From positions 1 through 49,261 of the forward strand of contig JBBITJ010000005.1 in NCBI GenBank assembly GCA_037440825.1: DNA of 49,261 bases, given 5' to 3'. This document shows positions 37,434 to 47,083 of this stretch, piece by piece (positions within the stretch are counted from its first letter, which is position 1; each line of letters opens with the position of its first letter). Origin of the DNA: Candidatus Micrarchaeota archaeon. Lineage in GTDB: Archaea > Micrarchaeota > Micrarchaeia > Anstonellales > Bilamarchaeaceae. The position numbers and the translations under genes were made by a program. Under the pieces are notes generated by a model. That model saw only the letters and a list, made by a program, of their open reading frames with translations. It did not search any database and was not told the origin of the DNA.

Positions 37434-37640
37434 TATATCACTCTGCACACTCTCTGCGTGTTTTTAGTATGTGGTTGCCAGTCGCGCGTTCCGCGTTTGG
37501 AAGCGCAGCGCAACCTCTACCCATGCCTTTCCTTTCGTCGTGGAATTAAAATCAGCGGCACGTTACAACTCGTTCCGCCTAATGGCGCGGACCTTGGAAA
37601 TCCGCATCCAGGTTGGAGTTCTAATATTAATGAGAAATGA

Positions 37641-38156
37641 TTATAAAGACTTGGTTAGTGGGGCTTTCTGGATTTCCGGGACAATCTCGCCCCCGCTTTC
37701 CCGCTCTTCCACTGCTTCGAGCGCCTTGCATACGTTCCGAAGCGTGCCTTCCCCATCCAAACTCACAAGCATTGTGGCTGTCCCCCTGCCGTCCTTCCCG
37801 GTCTCGAATTCAATGACCGTGATCTTTCCGCACACCTTCGTATCCTCCTTCACTTCCACCTTGCCTGCGCACACATCCGCGAAAAACGAATACGCTTCGC
37901 CCACAAGCTCCTCTGCCATGCCCTTCGCGACCTGCGCCTGCTCCAACGAACCTCTGTTGCCTTCCTTCTCCACCAGCACAGCGGTGTCCAGGGTGTTTTC
38001 GCACTTCTTGCCTTCTCTCAATTCCAACCTCCCAACATAAGTCTTGGCCTTTGGCGTGTCCGCCACATTGGACGAACAGCTGATGAGAAAAAATGCTCCG
38101 AAAGCCGCTGCTGCTGTTACGAGCCTTCCCCTGCCGGAACCGCCTGTTTTCGCCAT
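37641..38156 (-). CDS. Hypothetical exported/lipoprotein
   Basis: Hydrophobic stretch ending in LISC; start uncertain. Confidence 0.55.
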   Translation of the reverse strand: MAKTGGSGRGRLVTAAAAFGAFFLISCSSNVADTPKAKTYVGRLELREGKKCENTLDTAVLVEKEGNRGSLEQAQVAKGMAEELVGEAYSFFADVCAGKVEVKEDTKVCGKITVIEFETGKDGRGTATMLVSLDGEGTLRNVCKALEAVEERESGGEIVPEIQKAPLTKSL

Positions 38157-38233
38157 GTGCATAATAAACATATCTGCTACTCATACAAACATTTAAACCT
38201 CATCTTTTTAATTCCAGCCCGGCACTATCCTGC

Positions 38234-39006
38234 ATGGCAGAACTGGAAGCGTTCCTGGAAGTGGCGTTCAGCCGCCTCATAGAGCTGCTGACCGCCCCGC
38301 TCCTCTACCCAGACATGCTCTGGATCGTCTTCCCTCTTTTCGGGACNNNNNNNNNNNNNNNNNNNNNNNNNNNNNNNNNNNNNNNNNNNNNNNNNNNNNN
38401 NNNNNNNNNNNNNNNNNNNNNNNNNNNNNNNNNNNNNNNNNNNNNNCCGCCCCGCTCCTCTACCCAGACATGCTCTGGATCGTCTTCCCTCTTTTCGGGA
38501 CTCTTTTTCTGATGCAGGCCTATTTCGCGAGGCATAACGAATCATTGGGATGGAACACCGCGTTCGCGAACGGGGTGGCGCTCATTTTCGTGGTGTTCGA
38601 CCTCATGCGCAGAACCTACGGTGCGTCCCAGGAATTCCTTTCATTGCTCTTCTCCGCAGCCAACCTCCCGCACACGCTCGTCATCGCGTTCCTTTTCCTT
38701 TACGCGCTGTTCGTGCTCTCCATAAATTTCTTCCGCCTCCTCCCGGATTACCTGAGCTTCTTTCTTTCATCCTATCCTGTCACCACAGGGCTGGCGTACG
38801 TCGCGATAGCGATAGTGTATTCCGAAATCCAGCTCAGCGAACCGACCGCTCTCGCAATCCTCGTATTCTATTCCATCCTTTTCCTCGCCCTCTTCGCGTT
38901 CAAAACCGTGATGGGAAAGGTGCTCCTGTCCCTCTTCCCTTCCAAAGGGGAGAATCTGGAGCGGGAGTTCAAGAGGAAGCTGGGCAAAGGGGAAATAGAA
39001 CTCTGA
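38234..39006 (+). CDS. Hypothetical membrane protein (~205 aa after closing the artefactual gap)
   Basis: 55-bp duplication flanks gap 38347-38446; collapsing it gives one in-frame ORF with ~6 TM helices. Confidence 0.75.
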
Positions 39007-39245
39007 AACTATCCATTTCCGGCTTCGCGTTCCAGCCCGCGTCCATCACTGTCGCCAATGGTGCTACAGTCACGTGGACGAACAACGACGCCGCTCCGCA
39101 CGCCGTCACAGGGGATTCGTTCGACTCCGGCACGCTTTCGCAGGGGCAGCCCTGCCTCTACACATTCACCCAGGCCGGAGCGTATACGTACGCCTGCAGC
39201 ATACGCCCGTCCATGAAAGGGACTGTGATGGTCGCAGCAACCTGA
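39003..39245 (+). pseudogene. Cupredoxin (plastocyanin/halocyanin-like) remnant
   Basis: FAFQPASITV..G.TVTWTNND..PH.V...YTYACSIRPSMKG; no ATG start or signal peptide, and the His ligand is replaced by Arg. Confidence 0.75.
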
Positions 39246-39357
39246 CTGTTTTCGGTTCAGGGTTTTGCGTTCTGGTTCGAAACCCACTTAAATCAGTCTA
39301 ACCACTATACAAAATACAAAACGCTAAACCCAAAACCCGAAACCACAAGTGATTCCA

Positions 39358-40275
39358 ATGGCTTTTTATGACCTGATAATCATCGGCGGAGGACCTGCAG
39401 GCCTCACCGCAAGCATCTACGCCTCCCGCTCAGGGCTCAAAACCCTCGTAATAGAAAAAGGGAGCGTGGGCGGCCAGCTCGGCGTCACCGCTGTAATAGA
39501 GAATTACCCTGGTTATGCCTCGATAGAGGGCGCGAAGCTCACCGAGCTTATGGCAACGCACGCGAAAAAATTCGGGGCAGAGATAATGGAATTCACCGAA
39601 GCGCAGGGGCTGGAATTGGAAGGCAAGGTGAAGAAAGTCCAGACCTCCAACGGCACGTTCGAATCCAAATCCATAATCATAGCAACAGGCAACCGCGAGC
39701 GCAAATTGGGCGTGAAGGGGGAGAGCGAGCTCAAGGGAAGAGGGGTCAGCTATTGTGCGACCTGCGACGGTCCGTTCTTCAAAGGCAAGGACATCCTCGT
39801 AATAGGTGGCGGCAATTCCGCAGTCGGCGAAGCCATCTACTTATCAAAATTCGCTAGCTCCGTTACCGTGGTGCACAGGCGCCTCGAATTCCGCGCGGAA
39901 AAGGCATTGGTGGACAAGGCGAAGGAGAACCCCAAAATCAAATTCATCCTCGAAAGCGTCCTGGACGAGATCAAAGGCTCCAATAAGGTGGAAGGGGTGA
40001 AGCTCAAGAACGTGAGGACCGGCGCAATCTCCGAAATGAAAACCGACGGCGTTTTCATCTACGTGGGCATGCTTCCGAATTCCGAGCTCGTCAAAGGGAA
40101 GCTCGCGTTGGACGAGTGGGGCTACATAATCGCGGACAATTCGCGCAGGACGAGCGTGGAAGGAGTGTTTGCAGCAGGCGACGTCACCAACTCAAAAGTG
40201 AAGCAGGTGACCACGGCAACAGGCGACGGCACCATTGCCGCAGTATTCGCGGAAAAATACGTATCAGGCGAGTGA
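39358..40275 (+). CDS. trxB: Thioredoxin reductase
   Basis: IIGGGPAG, GVSYCATCDG, GGGNSA, FAAGD. Confidence 0.97.
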   Translation: MAFYDLIIIGGGPAGLTASIYASRSGLKTLVIEKGSVGGQLGVTAVIENYPGYASIEGAKLTELMATHAKKFGAEIMEFTEAQGLELEGKVKKVQTSNGTFESKSIIIATGNRERKLGVKGESELKGRGVSYCATCDGPFFKGKDILVIGGGNSAVGEAIYLSKFASSVTVVHRRLEFRAEKALVDKAKENPKIKFILESVLDEIKGSNKVEGVKLKNVRTGAISEMKTDGVFIYVGMLPNSELVKGKLALDEWGYIIADNSRRTSVEGVFAAGDVTNSKVKQVTTATGDGTIAAVFAEKYVSGE

Positions 40276-40839
40276 ATGCTCTATATCATCACCGCGCTCG
40301 CGCTGTTCTTCATACTCCAGCTCGTGATGCCTTCTTCCATATCGCTCATGATCCTGGATCCAATGCACCCGGAGCAGCTCTGGCGCCTGATAACATCCAT
40401 GTTCCTGCACGCTGACATCGAGCACCTTTTCTTCAACGCCATTTCGCTGTTCTTCTTCGCGCCTGCTGTGGAGCGCACGATAGGAAGGAAGGAGATGTAC
40501 ATCCTGTTCTTCCTCGGAGGGCTCGCAGGCAACCTGCTTTATCTTGCATTGGTCTTTGCAGGAATCTCCCCTCCAATTCCAGCGCTTGGCGCTAGCGGAG
40601 CGATTTACGCGATAATGGGCGCAGTGGCGCTGTTCCACCCTGATGCGATAGTGTATGTCTATTTCTTCCCTCTGAAGATGAGGAACGCGGTGATCCTGTG
40701 GGTCGCGATAAACCTCTTCTACCTGATGGACTGGTCGAGCGGGATAGGGGGCGCAGCGCACCTCGGAGGCCTGGCGTTCGGCTATCTGTACGCCATCTAT
40801 TTGCGGGACCACAAAGGGATGGGCTGGCAGTACTACTGA
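40276..40839 (+). CDS. Rhomboid intramembrane serine protease
   Basis: WRLITSMFLH, HLFFN, GASGA, AHLGG. Confidence 0.95.
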   Translation: MLYIITALALFFILQLVMPSSISLMILDPMHPEQLWRLITSMFLHADIEHLFFNAISLFFFAPAVERTIGRKEMYILFFLGGLAGNLLYLALVFAGISPPIPALGASGAIYAIMGAVALFHPDAIVYVYFFPLKMRNAVILWVAINLFYLMDWSSGIGGAAHLGGLAFGYLYAIYLRDHKGMGWQYY

Positions 40840-40886
40840 TCTCCGGTTTCCAGTCTCGGGTTCCGCGTTTTGGCGGTGTACTTCGC

Positions 40887-41934
40887 TCAGCTTTCTTGTC
40901 TATTCCAAGCCATAAACNNNNNNNNNNNNNNNNNNNNNNNNNNNNNNNNNNNNNNNNNNNNNNNNNNNNNNNNNNNNNNNNNNNNNNNNNNNNNNNNNNN
41001 NNNNNNNNNNNNNNNNNGCGTTGGCCTTGTCATCCACGTTCAGCTTCACTTCTATCTCGTACGGAATATCGGCCCACATCCTCCCGTGCAGGTGCATGAA
41101 CGCTAGTTTTGTGTTGCCCAAAAACGGCACGTAATCCGATGGCCCGATGTGTATCTGCCTCTCGTCCAGAGGCACCTTGAGCTGGCTCTGCACGCTCTCC
41201 GTCTTTGAAATCTTCTTGCTCTCGAGGCGCTCGCGCTCGAGCATGTTCTTGAAATCCGTGTTCCCTCCGACGTTGAGCTGGTATGTGTGCAGCAAGTCGG
41301 CTCCGCGGTCTGCGATGAGCCTGGTGAGCACCCTGTGCACTATTGTCGCCCCGATCATGCCCTTCATGTCATCGCCAATCACTGGAAGCTTCGCTTGTGC
41401 GAATCTCCTCTCCCATTTCGGGTTGGAAGCTATGAAAACTGGAATCGCGTTCACGAGCGCGCAATTGGTCTTGAGCGCTATTTCAGCCCAGAACTCCGTG
41501 GCCTTCTGGCTTCCCACAGGAAGGTAATTCACGAGTATTTCGGTGCCGCTATTCTTTATCTCGGCAATGATCTCCTTCTCCAGTTCCTCTACAGGCCTTT
41601 CCTTCACCGGCTCCACCATGCCTACGAGGTATTTGCCCAGCCCGTCGTAGAGCGGGCTCTGCCTCACCACGACCTGGCTCTTTGGAATCCTCACCCATTG
41701 CACCATGTTCGGTTTCGCGTACAGCGCCTCGTCAAGGGTTTTGCCCACCTTGTTGTCGGCGACATCGAACGCGCTGGCTATTTCTATATCGCGCACGTCG
41801 TAGCCGCCTATGTCCTGGTGCATTATGCCCACGACCTCGCGCTCCGGGTGCTGCCTGTAATACTCTATGCCCTCTATGAATCCCGCGGCGCAGTTCCCCA
41901 CGCCTATTATTCCGACCTTGATCTTCCTTGCCAT
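40887..41934 (-). CDS. ino1: Myo-inositol-1-phosphate synthase (gap 40918-41017; 3' end uncertain)
   Basis: GVGNCA, NYLPVGS, GDDMK, QLNVGGNTDF, SKKISKT. Confidence 0.95.
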
Positions 41935-41951
41935 AAACATCACGTCTCTTG

Positions 41952-41978
41952 AACTATATAACAATTCATTATATAGTT
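41952..41978. repeat. 10-bp perfect inverted repeat with 7-bp spacer
   Basis: AACTATATAA-CAATTCA-TTATATAGTT. Confidence 0.75.
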
Positions 41979-41984
41979 AAGAAT

Positions 41985-42098
41985 TTATAATATTGCAGGC
42001 GTAGCATATCCGCAGGTTCCCGGAAGCGAAACGCTTTCGGCCACGCATCCGAAAAGGAGCAGGGAGGCGATAGCCAGCATTATGAGCATCTTCTTCAT
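41985..42098 (-). pseudogene. 37-aa lipoprotein signal-peptide remnant or mini-lipoprotein
   Basis: MKKMLIMLAIASLLLFGCVAESVSLPGTCGYATPAIL*; TATA-like sequence at ~42128. Confidence 0.5.
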
Positions 42099-42152
42099 AC
42101 TACCACAGCTAGCTAACGCTGGGAGCTATATAATCATTGGGTTTTCAGATGG

Positions 42153-43373
42153 CTAGGAAATGAGCGCCTTGAGTGCTCCCAGCAGCTGCGGCCTTCCCTT
42201 GAGCACCTTCGCAACCGGACCTGCGAACTGCCCCTTCATCACCAGGTCCAGATCATCCTGGGTGATGGTGTTGAATATGTAGTTCAAATCGTCATCCGAT
42301 ACGTGCTCGAGCACCTTCCTGAGCAGAAGGCGCTTCTCCACCTTCTTCCCAGGCCCTGCCCTCCACGTTTTCTCGTATTCGTAGAGCTTCTGCTTGCTGA
42401 AGTCCTTCTTCGCGATCGCTTCGTTAGCCACCTTGGCAGCCATTATTCCGGCTTCCATCGCGAGCGCGATTCCTCCACCGTGTATAGGGTCCACCTGCTT
42501 TGCGGCAGTTCCCACGACCATGATGTTGTCGTCAACGAACTTGTCCAGCGGCGCGCCCACGCTTATTATGCCCCCGAAATCGAGGAGCGTGCTCGCCTCC
42601 TTCATCGCGTCGTTGTCAACTATGAACTTGTCCAGCAGCATCTTCGGGTCTGCGCCCATTATCCCGCTCTTCTTCTTCCAGAGCGAGAGGTTCCCGCCTA
42701 TCCCTATCCCAACATTCGCCTTCCTGTCCTTCTTCGGGAATATCCACACGTATCCGCGCGGCGCGAGCTCGTTGCCGAAATACAATTCGATGAGGTTCTC
42801 GTGGTCGTAAGGCTGCATCTCGTACTGATAGCATGTGTCGACATCATAGAGGTTGTGCACGGTCCTGAATCCTGCCTTCCTCGCTATGTGCGATTCCATG
42901 CCTTCGGCGCTTATAACGAGCGGCGCGGTGACATCGTATGCGTCCTTGCCGTACTTCTCAACCTTCACGCCGTTTATCTTCCCGTCCTTCTTCACCAGGT
43001 CAACTGCCCGGGTGTAAGCATGAACCTCCGCGCCCTTCTGCACCGCGAGCTCGGCGAGCCACTTGTCGAACATCTTTCTCTCCAGCACCCAGCCGGTGGT
43101 GTCCTTGCTCTTCCACACTATCTCCTTTCCGTTCGGCGCGACCACTTTCGCACCGTGAATCTCGGTGGAAATCACTTCCTTCGGCAAATCCAGGCCCTGC
43201 GCCACAACCTCGCGCTGCCCCAGCCCCTCGCCGCACCTGACCGGGTTCCCTATGTCCTTCCTTTTGTCTATGACAAGCACGTCGCGCCCTTCCTGCGCGA
43301 GTATGCGGGACATCGTGCTTCCTGCAGGTCCAGCCCCGACGATTATCGCGTCGTAATCGTAGCCTTTAGCCAT
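42153..43373 (-). CDS. Digeranylgeranylglycerophospholipid reductase (GGR family)
   Basis: VGAGPAGS, PVRCGEG, LERKMFDK, PRGYVWIFPK, PIHGGGI. Confidence 0.93.
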   Translation of the reverse strand: MAKGYDYDAIIVGAGPAGSTMSRILAQEGRDVLVIDKRKDIGNPVRCGEGLGQREVVAQGLDLPKEVISTEIHGAKVVAPNGKEIVWKSKDTTGWVLERKMFDKWLAELAVQKGAEVHAYTRAVDLVKKDGKINGVKVEKYGKDAYDVTAPLVISAEGMESHIARKAGFRTVHNLYDVDTCYQYEMQPYDHENLIELYFGNELAPRGYVWIFPKKDRKANVGIGIGGNLSLWKKKSGIMGADPKMLLDKFIVDNDAMKEASTLLDFGGIISVGAPLDKFVDDNIMVVGTAAKQVDPIHGGGIALAMEAGIMAAKVANEAIAKKDFSKQKLYEYEKTWRAGPGKKVEKRLLLRKVLEHVSDDDLNYIFNTITQDDLDLVMKGQFAGPVAKVLKGRPQLLGALKALIS

Positions 43374-43382
43374 GAGAATCAC

Positions 43383-43604
43383 CTAAAGCCTTTTCCTCGC
43401 CTCCTCGGGCAGGTCCTTCACATCTTTCACTCCCTTGTAGAGCTCTATCACGTTCGCCGGGCAGCCCTTTATGCATATCCCGCAGTCCGTGCATTTCTCC
43501 GAATATACCTTCATTCTCGTTCCAACCCACTCTATGGCGCTGAACGGGCAGACGGCTGCGCAGCCTGCGCACAGTATGCATCCTGAATGGTCGATCGTTA
43601 TCAT
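43383..43604 (-). CDS. 2[4Fe-4S] ferredoxin
   Basis: CILCAGCAAVCP and CTDCGICIKGCP; coupled to the GGR gene. Confidence 0.95.
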   Translation of the reverse strand: MITIDHSGCILCAGCAAVCPFSAIEWVGTRMKVYSEKCTDCGICIKGCPANVIELYKGVKDVKDLPEEARKRL

Positions 43605-43915
43605 TTTCTCACCATGATTTTGTAATCTAGATACTCAAAAAGGTTTCTCAAAAAGGTTTAAAATGATCTACATGCCGAGCCCCTTGAGCCTGCATCTCCT
43701 TCCCTCATCATATTCTCTATTTGCCGAAACCCAGGGGAAACTTATTCTCTGGAACAAGGCGTTTCCACTCAAGTTCCACAGCCCTCCCCGCCTCCATTCC
43801 AATATCACTCACATANNNNNNNNNNNNNNNNNNNNNNNNNNNNNNNNNNNNNNNNNNNNNNNNNNNNNNNNNNNNNNNNNNNNNNNNNNNNNNNNNNNNN
43901 NNNNNNNNNNNNNNN

Positions 43916-44991
43916 TACTTCTTCATCTTCTCCTCCCCTGTCGCGAGCGCCTCCTTGGGCAAATCGGAGAGGCCCATCATGCTCATCACATTTCCAAGAG
44001 GACCCATCTTCTTGGCAGCTTTGAGCTGCTTGTAGAAATTCTCTATCGTGAGCTCCTCGGTTTCTATCTCCTCGAGCTGCTCTTCCTCCTTGATCTTGTC
44101 TATCTTCTCTATGAGCCCCTTTATGTCCGGCATGCCCAAAAGCCTTCCCACGAACCTTTTCGCGTCGTAGACCTCAAGGTCATCCGTTTTCTCCCCCACT
44201 CCGATGAAAGCTATCTTCGCCTTGGTGGCTGCGACGGCGGAAAGCGCGCCGCCTCCCTTTCCGCTTCCATCCATCTTCGTGACTATCACTCCGGTGATCG
44301 GGGAAACCTTGGAGAACTGCTCGGCCTGCCTGCCCGCGACCTGCCCTATGTCCGCATTGAGCACCAAGTAAGTCTCGTCAGGGTGCAGAGCATCCACTAT
44401 CCCCTTAAGCTCCTTTTCCAATTCCGTGTCGAACGCGTTCCTTCCCGCGGAATCCACTATCACCACTTCCTCTTTGGATTCCTTCAGCGCCTTCTCCACC
44501 ACCTTTCCGGCAATCTTCTCGCCGAGCGTGGTGTAATAGCGCACCCCTATCTTCTCAGCCAGCTGCCGCAATTGCTCCTGTGCGGCAGGCCTCTCAACGT
44601 CCGCCCCGACAAGGGCGACCGAAAGCCCACGGGATTTGTAAAAGTACGCCACCTTTGAAGCCGTCGTGGTCTTTCCGCTGCCGTACAATCCTAGCAGCAG
44701 TATCTTGTGCCTGTCCATCCTGGGCTGGTAGCCCTCGCCCATCAGGCCCACGAGCTCGTCGTAAACCACTTTCAATACGTGCTCCCTGAGCGTGAGCGCC
44801 TCCATCTTCTCCGCGTGGAGCGCGCGCTGCTCTATTCGTTTGGAAATCTCGAACACTAGCTTTACATTGACGTCGCTGGATATGAGTATGCGCTGCAATT
44901 CCTTTATGAGACCCTTGACCGCCGCTTCGTCAACCACAGGAAGGTTGGCGACCTTGGCCAGCGCGTCCCTCAATTTCTTTCCCAAGTCCAT
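43916..44991 (-). CDS. srp54: Signal recognition particle protein SRP54 (3' end lost in gap 43816-43915)
   Basis: GLYGSGKTTT, DVERPAA, DSAGR, TKMDGSGKGGG, KMGPL. Confidence 0.95.
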
Positions 44992-45175
44992 GAAGAATGA
45001 TTTGATTAAAACCCCTTAAAATGATATCCACGCATGAGGCCGCTGGCTGCAGACGCAGTGATAATAAAGGACGGGAAGATTTCAGAAGTGAAATGGTCCA
45101 GATAGCTGCAGTGCCGAAGCTCGCCTCGGACCATAATAAAATGATAAACGACTGCCTGGAGCCGGAAAAAGGTAA

Positions 45176-45703
45176 TTACCTCTCTTCCTTCTCGAAGACC
45201 GCGATGTCCTCCAAGGTGACCATGTGGTCGCTCTTTATGCCTTTCTTGGCCTGCTTCCTGATCTCGCGCTGGCTCTCGTAGTAGTCGTTGAGCTCCTCCC
45301 TTATCTTCTTGAGCTCCGGCTCTATCCTGGCTATCTCGGCCTGCGCCTCGGCTATGTCGCCCTCGACGAGCTTGGCCTTCCTCCTCGCCTTCTCCACTTC
45401 CGCGACCTTCGAGAGCTCGGCCTCTATCTTCTTGACACCCTTCACGAGCTCCTTCTCTATCTTGGGCGTGTAAGCCTGCGTTGCGATCCTGAATTCGAGC
45501 GTGCGGAGCTGCTTCCTGAGCGGCCCTATCATGACGTTCTTGGTCTGCTCCAGGAACGGCTCGATCGCCTTCCTCTCCTGCTCCTTGTACCTGAGCCTGC
45601 CCTTGATCTTGCTTATCCTTTCCAGAAGCTCCGCTTTCTTGGCTTCAAGGCCTTTGATATAGTCTTCTATGTCTTTGTTCAAATCCGTAATCTCGTCGCT
45701 CAT
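45176..45703 (-). CDS. Archaeal coiled-coil protein
   Basis: Heptad-rich; LEFRIATQAYTPKIEKELVK; C-terminal VTLEDI. Confidence 0.75.
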   Translation of the reverse strand: MSDEITDLNKDIEDYIKGLEAKKAELLERISKIKGRLRYKEQERKAIEPFLEQTKNVMIGPLRKQLRTLEFRIATQAYTPKIEKELVKGVKKIEAELSKVAEVEKARRKAKLVEGDIAEAQAEIARIEPELKKIREELNDYYESQREIRKQAKKGIKSDHMVTLEDIAVFEKEER

Positions 45704-45941
45704 CAAATCACTTAACCGTATGAAAATCGAGTATCTTCTTTTTGTATAGGAACGTTTTAAAACATGGTGGCGTCCCTCACATAAGCCTATAATTTCCCTC
45801 CATCATGTCGGCAGGCGGTTTTCAGTTCCGAGTCTTCAGTCGCCGGATTGTTGGCGACTGTCTTTTCATGGTGCGCACACTGAAAATCCAGTTCGGAACG
45901 CACCGAAAAACGCATAACCCTTTCGCGTCCCTCTATATCCC

Positions 45942-46634
45942 ATGTCCGTCCGCGTAATCCTCGTCGAAACGGAATATTCCTTTAACCTGGGTTCAGTATG
46001 CCGCGTTATGAAAAACTTCGGTTTCTCAGAACTCGTGCTGGTCAACCCCAGGTGCGAAACTCGGAATGTGGACGCGTACAAGGGCGCCAAGCACGCAAAA
46101 GACATATTGGAAAAGGCGCGGGTCGCGGCCTCGCTGGATGAGGCCGCGGAAGGCTGCGACATCATAGTCGGCACGACCGGGATACGGGTGCGCAACAAGG
46201 GGACGATCAGAGGCGTGCTGCCCCTGCGCGCGTTCGCCTCGAAGAAAAAATACTATTCGGGAAAAAGCATCGCGCTGGTTTTCGGAAGGGAAGGCATAGG
46301 GCTCACCGAAGACGAGCTTAACAAATGCGACCTCCTCGTGCACGTGGAAACTTCCCCTCATTACCCGGTGCTCAACATCTCCCACGCGGCAGCAATAATT
46401 CTCCACTCAATATCCGGCTTCAGGAGCTGTCAGAAGGAGAAGCGCGCCTCCGCGCGCGAGCTCAGGGCGCTGAACATGTTCATGGAAAAAATATCGTCTA
46501 AGTTCGAGCGCAAGAACCTGCGTGCCCCCGTCGCACTCAAGCGCGTCCTCTCCAGGGCGCATGCGAACGAGCACGAGGTCAAGGCACTTCTCAACCTGTT
46601 CAGGATGGTGAGCGAGATGCTGGAAAAGCAGTGA
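45942..46634 (+). CDS. trmJ: SPOUT RNA methyltransferase, TrmJ/TrmH family
   Basis: NLGSVCRVMKNFG, FGREGIGL, YPVLNISHA. Confidence 0.9.
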   Translation: MSVRVILVETEYSFNLGSVCRVMKNFGFSELVLVNPRCETRNVDAYKGAKHAKDILEKARVAASLDEAAEGCDIIVGTTGIRVRNKGTIRGVLPLRAFASKKKYYSGKSIALVFGREGIGLTEDELNKCDLLVHVETSPHYPVLNISHAAAIILHSISGFRSCQKEKRASARELRALNMFMEKISSKFERKNLRAPVALKRVLSRAHANEHEVKALLNLFRMVSEMLEKQ

Positions 46635-47003
46635 TTATTTCTTCTTCTTTTTTTTCAGCATCTTCTCGACGCGCTCGAAATAGCAGAACGTGAAGGCGTA
46701 TTCCCTGTAGAACCAGTACATGTAGCCGCCGAAAGCCATTATTCCGAGGATCTCCACTATGGGCTCCACGACTCGGATGAATGCGCTGCCTTCCGGAGGA
46801 AGGGTGTCTATGCCGAAATATTCGATGGCCCTGAGCAGGTGGTACGCGGTCATGGGAACCAGACCGGCAATGACCAACATGAAAACGTCCGTGAACCTGC
46901 CTTTCATCCTCTGGGAAGTCTTGACAAGGATGACGAGGGGTACGAGCAGTGCCGCAAAGACCGCGACGTGTATAGCCGCACCAAGCGCACTTATTTCAGC
47001 CAT
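46635..47003 (-). CDS. Hypothetical 3-TM membrane protein
   Basis: Three hydrophobic segments and a poly-Lys tail. Confidence 0.65.
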   Translation of the reverse strand: MAEISALGAAIHVAVFAALLVPLVILVKTSQRMKGRFTDVFMLVIAGLVPMTAYHLLRAIEYFGIDTLPPEGSAFIRVVEPIVEILGIMAFGGYMYWFYREYAFTFCYFERVEKMLKKKKKK

Positions 47004-47083
47004 GCGCTACTATCCGGAACAATCATTTTAAACCCTTAAGGGTGATAACCTAGCGAAACCAAACCCCCAGCACGGCGGCGCAT

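Noticed and set aside
37575..37610. tRNA-like arm GCGGACCTTGGAAATCCGC
   Set aside because: No matching acceptor stem, D arm or T arm could be built; no SRP or RNase P signature was found either.
38292..38501. 55-bp direct repeat flanking an N gap
   Set aside because: Same assembly artefact; not a biological repeat.
42303..43586. Long antisense ORFs (e.g. 42303-43586, 4885-6129, 24928-25959)
   Set aside because: Shadows of well-supported genes in GC-rich DNA, with no recognisable motifs.
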